A DNA stretch of 64,000 nucleotides from Bdellovibrionales bacterium (GTDB taxonomy: Bacteria; Bdellovibrionota; Bdellovibrionia; Bdellovibrionales; UBA1609). The position numbers and the translations under genes were made by a program. Below the pieces are notes generated by a model. It was given only the letters and a program-made list of their open reading frames with translations, made no database searches and was not told the DNA's origin. Numbering within the stretch: the stretch's first letter is position 1; each line of letters opens with the position of its first letter. Where the stretch lies: NCBI GenBank assembly GCA_050249195.1, contig JBFWQY010000021.1, positions 10,012 to 74,011 on the forward strand. Reading direction: 5' to 3'. This document shows, one piece after another, positions 36,178 to 45,901 of the stretch.

Positions 36178-37077
36178 ATGCAAATTCTCGTCGCGATTCT
36201 CTTGAGCCTGAGTGCAGGGGCGCTTGAAACTCCTCCTGCGTCCATTCCCTTAGCGGAGAACAGCCATCCCACTCCAGCTCCTCCTGAGACTTTGGAACAA
36301 TTGTGTCTGCGCCAAATGCGTTCGCTGCCTGGAACCATCTTGGAATCCGAATTGGTCTCCGCCTGCACCAAGGTCCAGCGAATTGAGGGTTGCCAGAGCC
36401 GCGAGGGCGTTCCCATCTATCACTACGAGCGCAAAGGAACGAATAAAAACCCAAAACGCATATTTGCCAAAGCCCTCATCCATGGTGATGAGAACCTCAG
36501 TGGCACGGTCGCGCGGGCCTGGATGATGCGTCTTGAGAAAATTGAGCCCCGTAATACTTGGCGTGTTATCCCTGTGGCTAATCCTGACGGTTGGCGCTTG
36601 AAAACTCGCACGAATGGGCGCGGGGTGGACCTCAACCGTAATTTTCCGACGGAAGATTGGGAAAAGCAGGCGTTGAGCTACTGGAAAAAGCGCTCGAAGT
36701 CGGATCCGCGCCGCTACCCTGGCGAGGGTCCCGCCAGCGAAGTTGAGACCCAATGCCTCATCAAACATTTTGAAGAGTTCAAGCCGGAGTTTTTGATCTC
36801 CGTGCATACCCCTTTGGGCGTGCTGGATTTTGACGGCCCGAAGGTTAAGAATCCACCGCACTTTCGGCCGCTCCCCTGGATTCCCTTAGGGAATTTTCCA
36901 GGCAGTCTGGGCCGCTTCATGTGGGTTGGCCACAAAATTCCCGTTCTTACGATCGAGCTGAAAGGCAATGAAGACATCGATAAGCTCGAAGCGTTTGATC
37001 GGCTCCAGGACATTTCAGGAACCGTCGCAATCCAGGCCGATCAACTGGGGAAAGTCACTCCCAAGGCCAAAAAGTAA
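36178..37077 (+). CDS. M14-family zinc carboxypeptidase (MpaA-like murein peptide amidase)
   Basis: LIHGDE (HxxE), IPVANPDGW, TNGRGVDLNRNFP, GPASEVETQ and ISVHTP blocks. N-terminal signal peptide. Confidence 0.8.
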   Translation: MQILVAILLSLSAGALETPPASIPLAENSHPTPAPPETLEQLCLRQMRSLPGTILESELVSACTKVQRIEGCQSREGVPIYHYERKGTNKNPKRIFAKALIHGDENLSGTVARAWMMRLEKIEPRNTWRVIPVANPDGWRLKTRTNGRGVDLNRNFPTEDWEKQALSYWKKRSKSDPRRYPGEGPASEVETQCLIKHFEEFKPEFLISVHTPLGVLDFDGPKVKNPPHFRPLPWIPLGNFPGSLGRFMWVGHKIPVLTIELKGNEDIDKLEAFDRLQDISGTVAIQADQLGKVTPKAKK

Positions 37078-37099
37078 TCTTTTTTTCGGACCTCATATT

Positions 37100-37627
37100 T
37101 CAGTACGTAATCAGGCTTCGCCCTGTGGCTTTTAGTTTTTTGCGTCCGTTAAGAAAACTCAGCTCCATAAGGAAGGCGAAACCTGTGACTGTCGCACCGG
37201 TTTCGAGGCACAGAACCTCGGCCGCGCCGGCTGTGCCTCCCGTGGCCAAAACATCATCTACGATGCAGACATGATCCCCGCTGTCCAGAGCATCCACGTG
37301 GATCTGCAAAGTGTCCGTTCCATACTCAAGATCATAACTATGCGCCAAAGTCGCATAGGGTAACTTTCCGGGCTTACGGATCAGGACCATGCCTAATCCC
37401 AGATGGGTGGCCAGCGCTGATCCCAGAATAAACCCGCGGCTCTCAATGGCCGCAAGCTTTGTGGTGTGCTTAGGGATTAGCTCGGACATATGTACAATCA
37501 GCGAGCGAAAAACATCCGGGCTGGCCAACGCCGGTGTGATGTCTTTAAACATCACACCAGGCTTGGGAAAATCAGGGACGTCGCGAATGAATTTACGTAT
37601 CTGTTCTGTGTCTACAACCCTGTTCAT
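37100..37627 (-). CDS. apt: Adenine phosphoribosyltransferase
   Basis: IRDVPDFPKPGVMFKDITP and the PRPP-binding loop VCIVDDVLATGGTA. Confidence 0.9.
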   Translation of the reverse strand: MNRVVDTEQIRKFIRDVPDFPKPGVMFKDITPALASPDVFRSLIVHMSELIPKHTTKLAAIESRGFILGSALATHLGLGMVLIRKPGKLPYATLAHSYDLEYGTDTLQIHVDALDSGDHVCIVDDVLATGGTAGAAEVLCLETGATVTGFAFLMELSFLNGRKKLKATGRSLITY

Positions 37628-38028
37628 TCAAAACTCCACGTTTTAAAACCTTTGGTTTCGGCTTTCTTCACATATTTGGCTGGAATTTCATATACATTTG
37701 CCATGCCGGTTGTTGAGCCGCAGACCTGAATGTGCATCAGACCATCCATCTTCTTTTTTGACGACAAAATAGGAATTCCTTTTAGTTCCTGCGCCATTGA
37801 CTCCAATGGAACGGCCTTGCCCATCCCACACTGCAGGCTCCCGTCATACTTGTATATGAGTACCCGGTCCGAAGGAGACGGCTTGGCCACAGGTTCGACA
37901 GGCCCCTCAGGGGGCTTGATCTCCGGTGGCGCTTGGGAAGCCCTTCGGCAATGGCCTTGGGCACAGCCAACAGCCCCAATCAGAAACCACGAGACCAGAC
38001 TGGTTCTCGCACTTATTCCCACGGCCAC
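37624..38028 (-). CDS. Hypothetical lipoprotein
   Basis: Lipobox-like LIGAVGC followed by a Pro-rich linker. 4-nt overlap with the apt start. Confidence 0.5.
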   Translation of the reverse strand: MAVGISARTSLVSWFLIGAVGCAQGHCRRASQAPPEIKPPEGPVEPVAKPSPSDRVLIYKYDGSLQCGMGKAVPLESMAQELKGIPILSSKKKMDGLMHIQVCGSTTGMANVYEIPAKYVKKAETKGFKTWSFE

Positions 38029-39146
38029 TCCCGACCTGATCGCACCCAGTCCACATGCAGCGCAAACAAATTGGCATCGGCGGACATAAAGTAAACGTCC
38101 CCCGTGTTTGCATCCACAGTGGCCTGTGAGGTCACGCCCCGACCGGGAGCAAACAAGCCCAGCAGTTCTCCGGTGCGGGCATCTAAAAAGCGCAAGGCTC
38201 CCGACATCTCACCGACTGCAATCACATTGCGATAGCGTGTGGGAGCGGTCGCGATTCCGCCTGGATTCTCGCGACTCCAAATCACTTTTCCCGAGTCCTT
38301 ATCGAGAGCGAGAGTTTTTCCCGATGAGGTAGAATAAAAAATGTATTTTCCCACTAGGAGAACCTCGCCGTACCCTCCATCCTCGAGGCTCCACAGGATC
38401 GAGCCATCACGAATGTTCAAGGCGTAGAGTGCGCCATCATAGCTTGAAACATACGCCGTATCTCCCTCAACCACAGGCGAGGCATCGACGTCCCGGAAAC
38501 GCTTATTGCGGTTCAAACTGGACTCCCAGACCACCGCTCCAGACGTTCGGTTTAGCGCGACCAACGATCCATCGGAAAATCCGAACATCACGAAATCACC
38601 AGCCACGGCGGGGCGAGATCCACCGCGCACGGAAATGTTGCCTGCCTCGCGGCGGTTATAAACCCAGATCAACTTTCCGGTTTGCGCATTGAGCGCATGG
38701 GCCACATTGTTCCCACCCAGAACGTACACCACGCCGCCGCGAACAAGGGGACGCGCGATGCCTTCAGCCTTCAGGGGGTACGTCCACAAGACCTGGCCAT
38801 TTTCGGGTTGAACGGCATAAAATTGACCATCGCCCGCGCCAAAGTAAAGGATTCCGTTGGCCAGCTCGGCCCCCGCTTCCACGCCGTCTTTGACCGCGAG
38901 CCGCCAAATGGGATAGGCGGAAGCACGGTCATAAGCCACGATTCCGTCAATGGCGTTACCCGTAATCACCAAATTTTCAGTCAAGAGCGGAGGAAATCGA
39001 TGCATCCGCCGTCCCGAGAGATACTCGCGCTCAAGCGTTCCGCGCACCCATTTCTTTTCCACTGCGAATCGATGCGGTGACGCCTTTAAGAGCGAGCAAC
39101 CGGCGCCCAGAAAAGCCAAACCCACCAACGAAAGGTACTTTACCAT
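38013..39146 (-). CDS. bamB: Outer-membrane protein assembly factor BamB (PQQ-like beta-propeller lipoprotein)
   Basis: Lipobox GAGC. Repeated propeller motifs (GILYFGAGDGQFYAVQPENGQVLWTY, GSLVALNRTSGAVVWE, GALYALNIRDGSILW). Sits downstream of a YfgM-like gene, as in E. coli. Confidence 0.8.
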   Translation of the reverse strand: MVKYLSLVGLAFLGAGCSLLKASPHRFAVEKKWVRGTLEREYLSGRRMHRFPPLLTENLVITGNAIDGIVAYDRASAYPIWRLAVKDGVEAGAELANGILYFGAGDGQFYAVQPENGQVLWTYPLKAEGIARPLVRGGVVYVLGGNNVAHALNAQTGKLIWVYNRREAGNISVRGGSRPAVAGDFVMFGFSDGSLVALNRTSGAVVWESSLNRNKRFRDVDASPVVEGDTAYVSSYDGALYALNIRDGSILWSLEDGGYGEVLLVGKYIFYSTSSGKTLALDKDSGKVIWSRENPGGIATAPTRYRNVIAVGEMSGALRFLDARTGELLGLFAPGRGVTSQATVDANTGDVYFMSADANLFALHVDWVRSGREWPWE

Positions 39147-39148
39147 GC

Positions 39149-39934
39149 CTATCCTTGTTGCTTTTTAAGATCGAGAAGACGAAGAAATTGTCGGGCCTGT
39201 CCAGAAGCCTCGGTCTCCGGGAATTCCCGAGCCAGGCGTTCATAGGCCTCACGGGCTTTTTCTGCATCACCTTTTAATTCATAAGCCACACCCAGCTTCA
39301 GCATGGCTTCGGAATGAAACGGTTTCAGATCGGGTGCATTGAGTACCTTTAGATACGCTTCAATCGCCTCTTGCGCCTTTTGGTTCTCCAGCAGGACCAC
39401 ACCCCGGTGCATCAGCCAAAACCCGCCCAAAATATTCGAAGTCGGAGGCGTGTACGTGGGAATGTTTAAGACCTCGAGAGCCTCGGGATACTTCTTCTCT
39501 TGCAGAAGAAAAGAAGAGAGGTTCAAGGACGAGACCAGTGCGGCCTTGGTACCCGCGTGTTCCTTAATCGCTGACTTTACTTTTTCCACAAGGGACGTGT
39601 AATCCGGAACCGTTTCCGGCTCAGGATTCTTTTTGACAGCCTTGAGCTTCTTGTCCCCGAGCTTTTCTTGCTCCTGAGCCACACGCGATTCGCGCGCTTT
39701 GGTCTCCGCCTTTTTCAGTTCGGCTTCGGCCGGATAAATCGCGTTGGCGGCGGCCAACTCGCGTTGGGCTTGCAGGTGAGCATACCCGAGCCATCCCACG
39801 CTGCCGACAATCCCCAAAATCACCGCACCCAGAATCCACTTTCGAAACCTGTGGAGCCAGACAAAGACCTTGTCTGAAGTGGACACGAATGTGTCGGGAC
39901 CCTTTAGGGTTTCTTTATCAATTCGCTTGCTCAC
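39149..39934 (-). CDS. YfgM-like membrane-anchored TPR protein
   Basis: N-terminal TM helix ILGAVILGIVGSVGWLGY, a Lys/Glu-rich linker, and C-terminal TPR-like helices (EALEVLN..., EAIEAYLKVL, AEKAREAYERLAREFP). Synteny with bamB. Confidence 0.6.
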   Translation of the reverse strand: MSKRIDKETLKGPDTFVSTSDKVFVWLHRFRKWILGAVILGIVGSVGWLGYAHLQAQRELAAANAIYPAEAELKKAETKARESRVAQEQEKLGDKKLKAVKKNPEPETVPDYTSLVEKVKSAIKEHAGTKAALVSSLNLSSFLLQEKKYPEALEVLNIPTYTPPTSNILGGFWLMHRGVVLLENQKAQEAIEAYLKVLNAPDLKPFHSEAMLKLGVAYELKGDAEKAREAYERLAREFPETEASGQARQFLRLLDLKKQQG

Positions 39935-39960
39935 GCTCGCCTCCTCTTTTCTAACTGTAC

Positions 39961-41082
39961 CTACTTTTGGCGATTCGTCATTTCTTTCAATGTTCCAAAC
40001 GGACGGGCCATGCGACCATGGTGGTGTTGACGCAGATTCGCGATTGAACGGATGCGTTTTTCCGCAAGCCGATCCGCCGCACGGTGCGTGGCGATGTTTT
40101 CATTTTTGGCGATCTGGAAGACCTGCATAAGGTTCTCGTACACCTGGGTTGTTTTCTCAAAGGCGCGCTCGCGCGAATAGCCTTCCAACTCCACAAACAC
40201 ATTCATCAGGCCGCCTGCATTGATCACATAATCGGGCGCATAGAGGATCCCCAATTCCAGGAGAGCATCACCATGGCGGTGCTCCGCCAATTGGTTGTTT
40301 GCGCCACCGGCCACTACTTTGCATTTCAGTGCGGAGATCGTTTGATCATTAATAACGGCTCCCAATGCGCACGGTGCAAAAACATCACACTCACTCGTCA
40401 CAATGCCGTCAGAATCCACGGCCGTAAGATTGAACTTGGCGCACGTTCTTTGGACTTTTTCCTTGTCTATGTCCGCAACGCTCACCACCGCACCCTCTTT
40501 GACCAGATACTCCACGAGGTGATGACCCACATTGCCGAGTCCCTGAACTGCGATTCGGACCCCTTTGAGCGAGTCCGATCTGAACTTCTCCTTAACCGCA
40601 GCCTTAATACCCACAAGGACACCGTGGGCCGTAAAGGGCGAGGGATCTCCCGAGCCGCCAAAGGAGACGGGAATGCCTGTCACATAAGGAGTTTCCATAA
40701 AGACATATGCCATGTCATGGACAGTCGTGCCCACGTCCTCGGCCGTGATGTACTTGCCATTCAGAGAATTCACATAGGCGCCAAACGTGCGGAACAGCGC
40801 CTCCGATTTATCCTTTTTCGGGTCTCCGATTATGACGGCCTTCCCGCCGCCAAGATTCAATCCAGCTGCGGAGGCCTTGTAGGTCATGCCGCGCGACAGG
40901 CGCAAGACATCGACCAAAGCATCCTCCTCATTCCTGTAAGGCCACATACGAGTCCCACCGAGAGCCGGGCCCAGCGTGGTGTTATGGACCGCGATAATGG
41001 CTTTGAGACCACAATCTTTATCATAGCAGTAGACGATCTCTTCATGGTCTCCATGTTTCTCGATCAACTCAAAAGTCAACAC
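39961..41082 (-). CDS. ldh: Leucine (Glu/Leu/Phe/Val family) dehydrogenase
   Basis: IIAVHNTTLGPALGGTRMWPY, the catalytic Lys block GLNLGGGKAVIIGDP, and the NAD-binding VAVQGLGNVG-type motif (IAVQGLGNVGHHL). Confidence 0.85.
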   Translation of the reverse strand: MLTFELIEKHGDHEEIVYCYDKDCGLKAIIAVHNTTLGPALGGTRMWPYRNEEDALVDVLRLSRGMTYKASAAGLNLGGGKAVIIGDPKKDKSEALFRTFGAYVNSLNGKYITAEDVGTTVHDMAYVFMETPYVTGIPVSFGGSGDPSPFTAHGVLVGIKAAVKEKFRSDSLKGVRIAVQGLGNVGHHLVEYLVKEGAVVSVADIDKEKVQRTCAKFNLTAVDSDGIVTSECDVFAPCALGAVINDQTISALKCKVVAGGANNQLAEHRHGDALLELGILYAPDYVINAGGLMNVFVELEGYSRERAFEKTTQVYENLMQVFQIAKNENIATHRAADRLAEKRIRSIANLRQHHHGRMARPFGTLKEMTNRQK

Positions 41083-41175
41083 ACCGGACCTCCCGCAAGT
41101 GGGTCAAACAAGGATGCACGTCAGGGTTGGAAATTTGTGCAGTGGAAGGATAGAGGCTAAATATTGGAGAGCCAA

Positions 41176-41206
41176 GAAAAAAGCGCGCGTCCATTGGCGC
41201 GCTTTT
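41176..41206 (-). terminator. Rho-independent terminator downstream of the 897-aa gene
   Basis: The minus-strand RNA reads AAAAGCGCGC-CAATGGAC-GCGCGCUUUUUU. This is a GC-rich 8-10 bp stem plus a U-run, 23 nt after the stop at 41229. Confidence 0.7.
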
Positions 41207-41228
41207 CAAGATGCGTCATTGACTCCGA

Positions 41229-43922
41229 TTACAGATCACTACAGAGATAGAGATGATTCGCCGGGTTCCACGTACTGATGATTCCATTCTGGGCTTCGTT
41301 CAAGGCGTCGGCACCGGTGCTGGAACGAAGAGCGCTGCGCGTGACCGTCACCGGATTCGCCGTATCGTTCGCGCAAATAAGATCCGTGACGTAGCCGCCG
41401 CCGCCCTTGCCTCCCGTTGCGCCTGAACCGGCGTCGGACGCGATGAGAAGCGGGTTTCCGCCCGCGGTCTTACGAGCCATAACAAAAATACTTCCCCCGG
41501 CTCCATTTCCGCCGCCGCCGCTTAAATCCCCGCCCAGCGCGGAAATCTCAACCCCGGTCCCGTTGACCTGGATTTTATTGGCCATGACGAAAAGAATTCC
41601 ACCTCCAGGACCGCCAGCTCCCGACGAATAATGTCCACCACCGCCTCCGCCAAAGGCGAGTGGGAACATACCGCCTCCGGAATTGGAGCCGAATCCAGGG
41701 TTCCCACTCGAAGCGCTGTAACGGCCTCCGGATCCAGCGCTGCCACCGCCCGATCCCGGAAGGTCAGTGACTGTGCCTCCAGCACCCCCTGTGCCCGTTG
41801 AGGCGCCCGAGGAGCCCGCCGCAGAGGTCCCATCGCCCGCGAGGGTCACATTGCCGCCGGCATAACCGCGTCCCGCGACCGAAAGAGAGGCGTTGTTTCC
41901 ACCAAAAATCAGCGCTCCGCTCACCCGCAAGGCCAAAATTCCTCCCGCAGAATCTCCATAGGTGAAGGCGGGTGCTGTGTAGGTGGCCGTCGCATTCAAA
42001 GTGAGATCGTTATAATGCACGACCTTAACCACCTGCACATAGCAAAAACTGGAGCCGGAATTAGACGCCGTCGTGAGATTCGCGCCGCTGACAGTCTCGA
42101 GTCGATCGACCAGCGATCCTTTAGAAATCTTGAGGATTGTCCCTGTGTTGGCCCAGATCACACGCGCAAAGTCATAAGAGCCTGGGCCCGCTTGAGCTCC
42201 ACACGTGTTTGAACCCCGCATGCCCGAGACGTGAATCATGACTTCATCTCCGGCGGAAAATTCCGAGGTTGTGTAGCTGGACGTGAATGTCACACTTGTG
42301 TAATGAGGACTGGTTGTGGCGTCAACCGCCGAAACCCTTCGCCCAGCGGGATGAGTTTGCAAAGAGGACACGGTTCCGTCGGCTGAAGAGAGCGCCCACC
42401 CAAAATGCTCGATTTGACCGCAGCCGCTTCCACATTCCGCATACACGGGTCGGCCCAAATAATGGGCGCCGAGTGTAGCCAAGCCGCGCGGGCAAAGTGC
42501 GTAGCGATAGTTATACCAGTTGCCCGCCGTAAATGCGGCATCTTGATTTTGGAACGTGTCCTGCGAAGAGGGCGTCGTCACCGATCCGACCTTTACATAG
42601 CCCAGTCCGCCCAGCTCAGCGCAGCTGCGATCGTATTCGCCGCCGTCGCCACCGGATGAAAGTTTACGCCAAACTTCAATTTCACTTAAGCCGGCGCCCG
42701 CATGTGGCAGAAGGCTCCACTTGAGGTCAATGCAATGTGTGCTTGAACAGCCTCCCGTATCATTGAATTTGACGCTCACGAAGCCACCATGACGAACAAA
42801 CGGTCTGAGCAGACGAAATGGACCTTCCATGCCTGAATAGCCTTCACGGCCGCTAAAGCCCAATCGCGTGTGAAAGAAGCGGAGACAGTTCCCGTTATCC
42901 AGGTCCGTTTGCGTGCACCCAGACATACCGGTGAGAGTGAAGAGCTGATCAAAGGTTGCGGAGGTTCCGCCCGAGTTGTTACGTATGCCCGTCCCGGAGA
43001 CTCCCGTGTAATCCATCAGCTGGGTTAAAGCGGCATCGCTATAAAGACTCGGAACGCCCTGTTGTGAGCTTGCGTAAAACACTTTCTTGCCAGACGTGTA
43101 GCTGTCGGAGGCATTGTCAAAAAATCCAAGCACCAGCCGAGTTTCAGGTACAGGTTCCATTCCATCATCTTCGCGCCGGAAGCCAGCCGGCTGAAGCATA
43201 ATCAGGCGCTGAAGGTTCCCGGAAATGTTGGTGAGACCTCCGCTCACGCGGTGTTGAAGATTCCCGGCCGCATCTAAAGTGAGGTCGTCAAAGATCTTGG
43301 CCTGAGTTTCCGCCACCACAAAGTCAAAATAAGCGCCTTGAACCGCGAACCCTTGAAACCATCCATTCACGATCGGCACACGGTCGACTGCCATAGCCGG
43401 TTTGCCGTTGTTCATATCGAAATATAGGATCAGATTTCCCGTGGGGCCGGTATTCGACCCCGTGAGATAGCGACCTGCGATTTCCGCTTCCTTACCTGAG
43501 CTGGTTCCGGATGCAGTGGCTGTGATGTCGACGACCGTCGTACCACTCACATCCGCGACTCTATCGCCATAATAGAATTTGAGATCACCGGCCCCGTCGC
43601 CCCGGTAGACGCCGAGAAATTGGATAAGAAATCCGGAACCCGCCGGAACGTTGGGTATCTCCATCTCGAGCGCCTGGCCGAAAGGAATTTCAGCAGCTCC
43701 AGGTTTGTCTGTGTCCAGCTGAGATACGATCGGTAGTGGCTTGCCCGGCACATGCACATTGACGATGGCGACCTCAAGATTATAGGCCGCAAGCCCGCCA
43801 ACGGAGGATGCAACAGGAATGCGGATTTTCACGGACTGTTCTTTAGCTTCGCGCGTGCAACTCAGGGCGCCCAGGAGCCCAAAGCTCAAAACGAAGCCAA
43901 CAGAGATTTTCCACAAACGCAC
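41229..43922 (-). CDS. Large exported (lipoprotein-like) protein with Gly-rich C-terminal region
   Basis: GTG start with GGAGGGG 6 nt upstream and an N-terminal signal ending ALSC. The last ~200 aa are dominated by GGxGG / SGxG runs (GGAGGTVTDLPGSGGGSAGSGG..., FGGGGGGHYSSGAGGPGGGILFV..., GGGGNGAGGSIFV...). No family recognised. Confidence 0.7.
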   Translation of the reverse strand: MRLWKISVGFVLSFGLLGALSCTREAKEQSVKIRIPVASSVGGLAAYNLEVAIVNVHVPGKPLPIVSQLDTDKPGAAEIPFGQALEMEIPNVPAGSGFLIQFLGVYRGDGAGDLKFYYGDRVADVSGTTVVDITATASGTSSGKEAEIAGRYLTGSNTGPTGNLILYFDMNNGKPAMAVDRVPIVNGWFQGFAVQGAYFDFVVAETQAKIFDDLTLDAAGNLQHRVSGGLTNISGNLQRLIMLQPAGFRREDDGMEPVPETRLVLGFFDNASDSYTSGKKVFYASSQQGVPSLYSDAALTQLMDYTGVSGTGIRNNSGGTSATFDQLFTLTGMSGCTQTDLDNGNCLRFFHTRLGFSGREGYSGMEGPFRLLRPFVRHGGFVSVKFNDTGGCSSTHCIDLKWSLLPHAGAGLSEIEVWRKLSSGGDGGEYDRSCAELGGLGYVKVGSVTTPSSQDTFQNQDAAFTAGNWYNYRYALCPRGLATLGAHYLGRPVYAECGSGCGQIEHFGWALSSADGTVSSLQTHPAGRRVSAVDATTSPHYTSVTFTSSYTTSEFSAGDEVMIHVSGMRGSNTCGAQAGPGSYDFARVIWANTGTILKISKGSLVDRLETVSGANLTTASNSGSSFCYVQVVKVVHYNDLTLNATATYTAPAFTYGDSAGGILALRVSGALIFGGNNASLSVAGRGYAGGNVTLAGDGTSAAGSSGASTGTGGAGGTVTDLPGSGGGSAGSGGRYSASSGNPGFGSNSGGGMFPLAFGGGGGGHYSSGAGGPGGGILFVMANKIQVNGTGVEISALGGDLSGGGGNGAGGSIFVMARKTAGGNPLLIASDAGSGATGGKGGGGYVTDLICANDTANPVTVTRSALRSSTGADALNEAQNGIISTWNPANHLYLCSDL

Positions 43923-44052
43923 AACACCCCTCCGAAATTAAGTCTTAAAGACCTAACAAGCCTCAATGCTCTTCGCTCTTCTCTTATCGGATGCCGACAA
44001 TGACGGATTAAATCAATGGACCAGAATGAGACCGTGTTTCCGAAAGAAGTTC

Positions 44053-45021
44053 TTAGGCCGCGTCTCGCTTCGAATCAGCAGGCTTTGGGTACAATACGTC
44101 AGCTAGGGGGCGGCGGCGATTGCGAACAATCCAAGCAAACCCGGATTCCGCGTTATGACTCTCCATCAGAGCTTTCTGGGTGAGCTCATAGGCTTTCGGA
44201 AGCTGTGAAAAAGGCAGTGTGGGAAAGAGATGGTGTTCGACATGATAGTTAAAATTGAGCAAAACGGGAGTTTCAAACCACTTCCCATATGTGCAGCTAC
44301 GGCTGATCAAATGTTGATCGTTAGGAGCTAGTCGAACGTCGCCGCCGAACTGAGGCAACTCGAGATGGTGAGGAAAGTTTACGGACTCCACAAGTACAAG
44401 ATAGAAGAGGATAGCGGGTAGCAGAAGGACAAGACTTAAATATCCACCCAGGAAGAACGTGACTCCTGTCCACACTCCTATTGGAAGCAGGAGGCTTGCA
44501 ATCTCAGAGCTACCCTTTCTTGTCGATTTGGAGCTCCTAGTGGCATTGGACCAGAACACGATCTGTTGCATAATCGCCAGTATGGGAAGCCACCACCGCC
44601 AGGCCATTTCAATGATCCGGCTAATTCGTCCCCCATTCTTAACGTGGAGACAGAGTTTCATGACTGGATCTTTCTCTATGTTCCCGGCCCAATAATGGTG
44701 CCGCAAATGGTCACTCTTCCACTGAGCGTAGGGCAAAAAACAAAGAACGCCAAATCCCAGCCCTAGGATATCATTAAATCGCCCGTTCACATGCAGGCAG
44801 CCATGCACCGCCTCATGCATGGCTCCAAAGGCTCTAAAAAACAGCAGAGCTAAGACCAGGGCGCCAAAGATAGTGAGCGGAAACCCTGCAGATGCAAAAA
44901 CGGAGGCTCCAATTAATAGAACCGTGTCCAGGAAGAGGTGCTTTGCCCAATACAGGGAGGACGTTTTAAAATTGAGATGGCGGCGCACCTGGAGGTATAT
45001 GGAACCCTTCATAATAAACAT
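44053..45021 (-). CDS. Membrane fatty-acid desaturase/hydroxylase family protein (di-iron His-box)
   Basis: Three His boxes in canonical order: HEAVHG (HxxxH), HLRHHYW (HxxHH), HVEHHLFP (HxxHH). Multiple TM helices. Confidence 0.8.
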   Translation of the reverse strand: MFIMKGSIYLQVRRHLNFKTSSLYWAKHLFLDTVLLIGASVFASAGFPLTIFGALVLALLFFRAFGAMHEAVHGCLHVNGRFNDILGLGFGVLCFLPYAQWKSDHLRHHYWAGNIEKDPVMKLCLHVKNGGRISRIIEMAWRWWLPILAIMQQIVFWSNATRSSKSTRKGSSEIASLLLPIGVWTGVTFFLGGYLSLVLLLPAILFYLVLVESVNFPHHLELPQFGGDVRLAPNDQHLISRSCTYGKWFETPVLLNFNYHVEHHLFPTLPFSQLPKAYELTQKALMESHNAESGFAWIVRNRRRPLADVLYPKPADSKRDAA

Positions 45022-45097
45022 GATCGGATTAGATGCGACCTACCTTTAACATTTGAAATATTGACACACGTGCTAAGACATGGTATTTGGATAGAGC

Positions 45098-45838
45098 ATG
45101 AAGATGGAATGGAAGCCTCCCGCAGATTCGAGTCTCTGGTTATCTGGTAGTCTGCGCGGTCTGGCCGATTTTAAGAGTATCATACACGATACTTCGCGAT
45201 TCCTCTCCCGCCACGGCATCTATAAGAATTCAGCAATTTCAGATTCCTCATACGGGCGAATAGTCGAAATGGGCGAGAGCGCGCTCTCCGAGATTACATT
45301 GCGGGCCCGTCGGGTTCTAGATGTTCATCTTGAACTCGAAAAAGAAGGTTATGATTTAGATGATTCCAAGCACCTGGCCCGCGTGGCGTTAGGGCACCTC
45401 GGGCTGCTTACGGACGAAATCATCTTTAAATCTCTGCGTAGGTCTGACATTGTAGAAATTTATAATACCAATCATATCCAGATCTTTCGCAGCTTTAACT
45501 TCTTTCGAATCTGTAATTACAATCTTGACGAAATTTTGCTGAACGAGTGGTACACGCTTTACGAGCGTGACGAAAAGATCACCTGCGAAATACTGACACA
45601 AATCGAGGGTCACCTCAGGCAAAGCCGGTCCGTGACCCGGTTCTCAGTGCCAGCCCACATCATGCGAGAGCGGTTCTCCTCAACCCAGGGAATGTTTATA
45701 ACTAAGTTTAAAGTCTTAGCATCGGTATTTGATGGGCCTGAAAGTCGAGCTGGCTTTCTGTGTACCATTCGGGGGCGCCCCATCTCAGCGAGCCCAAAGA
45801 AAATTTCTTTTTTAAGTTCGAATCGTTTAAACCGATAA
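45098..45838 (+). CDS. Hypothetical cytoplasmic protein with PAS-like C-terminal half
   Basis: 246-aa ORF. IVEIYNTNHIQIFRSFNFFRICNYNLDEILLNEWYTLYERDEKI ... GMFITKFKVLASVFDGPESRAGFLCTI resembles the PAS core pattern. No output domain, TM segment or HTH is visible. Confidence 0.45.
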   Translation: MKMEWKPPADSSLWLSGSLRGLADFKSIIHDTSRFLSRHGIYKNSAISDSSYGRIVEMGESALSEITLRARRVLDVHLELEKEGYDLDDSKHLARVALGHLGLLTDEIIFKSLRRSDIVEIYNTNHIQIFRSFNFFRICNYNLDEILLNEWYTLYERDEKITCEILTQIEGHLRQSRSVTRFSVPAHIMRERFSSTQGMFITKFKVLASVFDGPESRAGFLCTIRGRPISASPKKISFLSSNRLNR

Positions 45839-45865
45839 GTTTTATACAGTTTAGATATTTATTTA

Positions 45866-45885
45866 TCACATGCATATTCATGTGA
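45866..45885. promoter_or_regulatory. 20-bp perfect-arm palindrome TCACATG-CATATT-CATGTGA upstream of the acyltransferase gene
   Basis: Read directly in the 63-nt gap between 45838 and 45902. It ends 16 nt before the ATG, just 5' of a GAGG RBS. Confidence 0.3.
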
Positions 45886-45901
45886 AAACTTCGAGGTTTA
45901 A

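Noticed and set aside
40084-41160. 358-aa + strand ORF
   Set aside because: It is entirely antisense to the leucine dehydrogenase gene, which carries unmistakable family motifs. This is a long shadow ORF of the kind common in moderately GC-rich DNA.
41407-41631. Pro-rich + strand ORF (PPAPFPPPPLKSPP...)
   Set aside because: It is the mirror image of the Gly-rich (GGN codon) region of the 897-aa minus-strand gene, so it is a compositional artefact.
45061-45089. Sigma-70-like promoter TTGACA-N17-TATTTG upstream of the PAS-like gene
   Set aside because: The -10 hexamer is weak, and the predicted transcription start would fall almost on the ATG at 45098. The evidence is too thin to list it as a feature.
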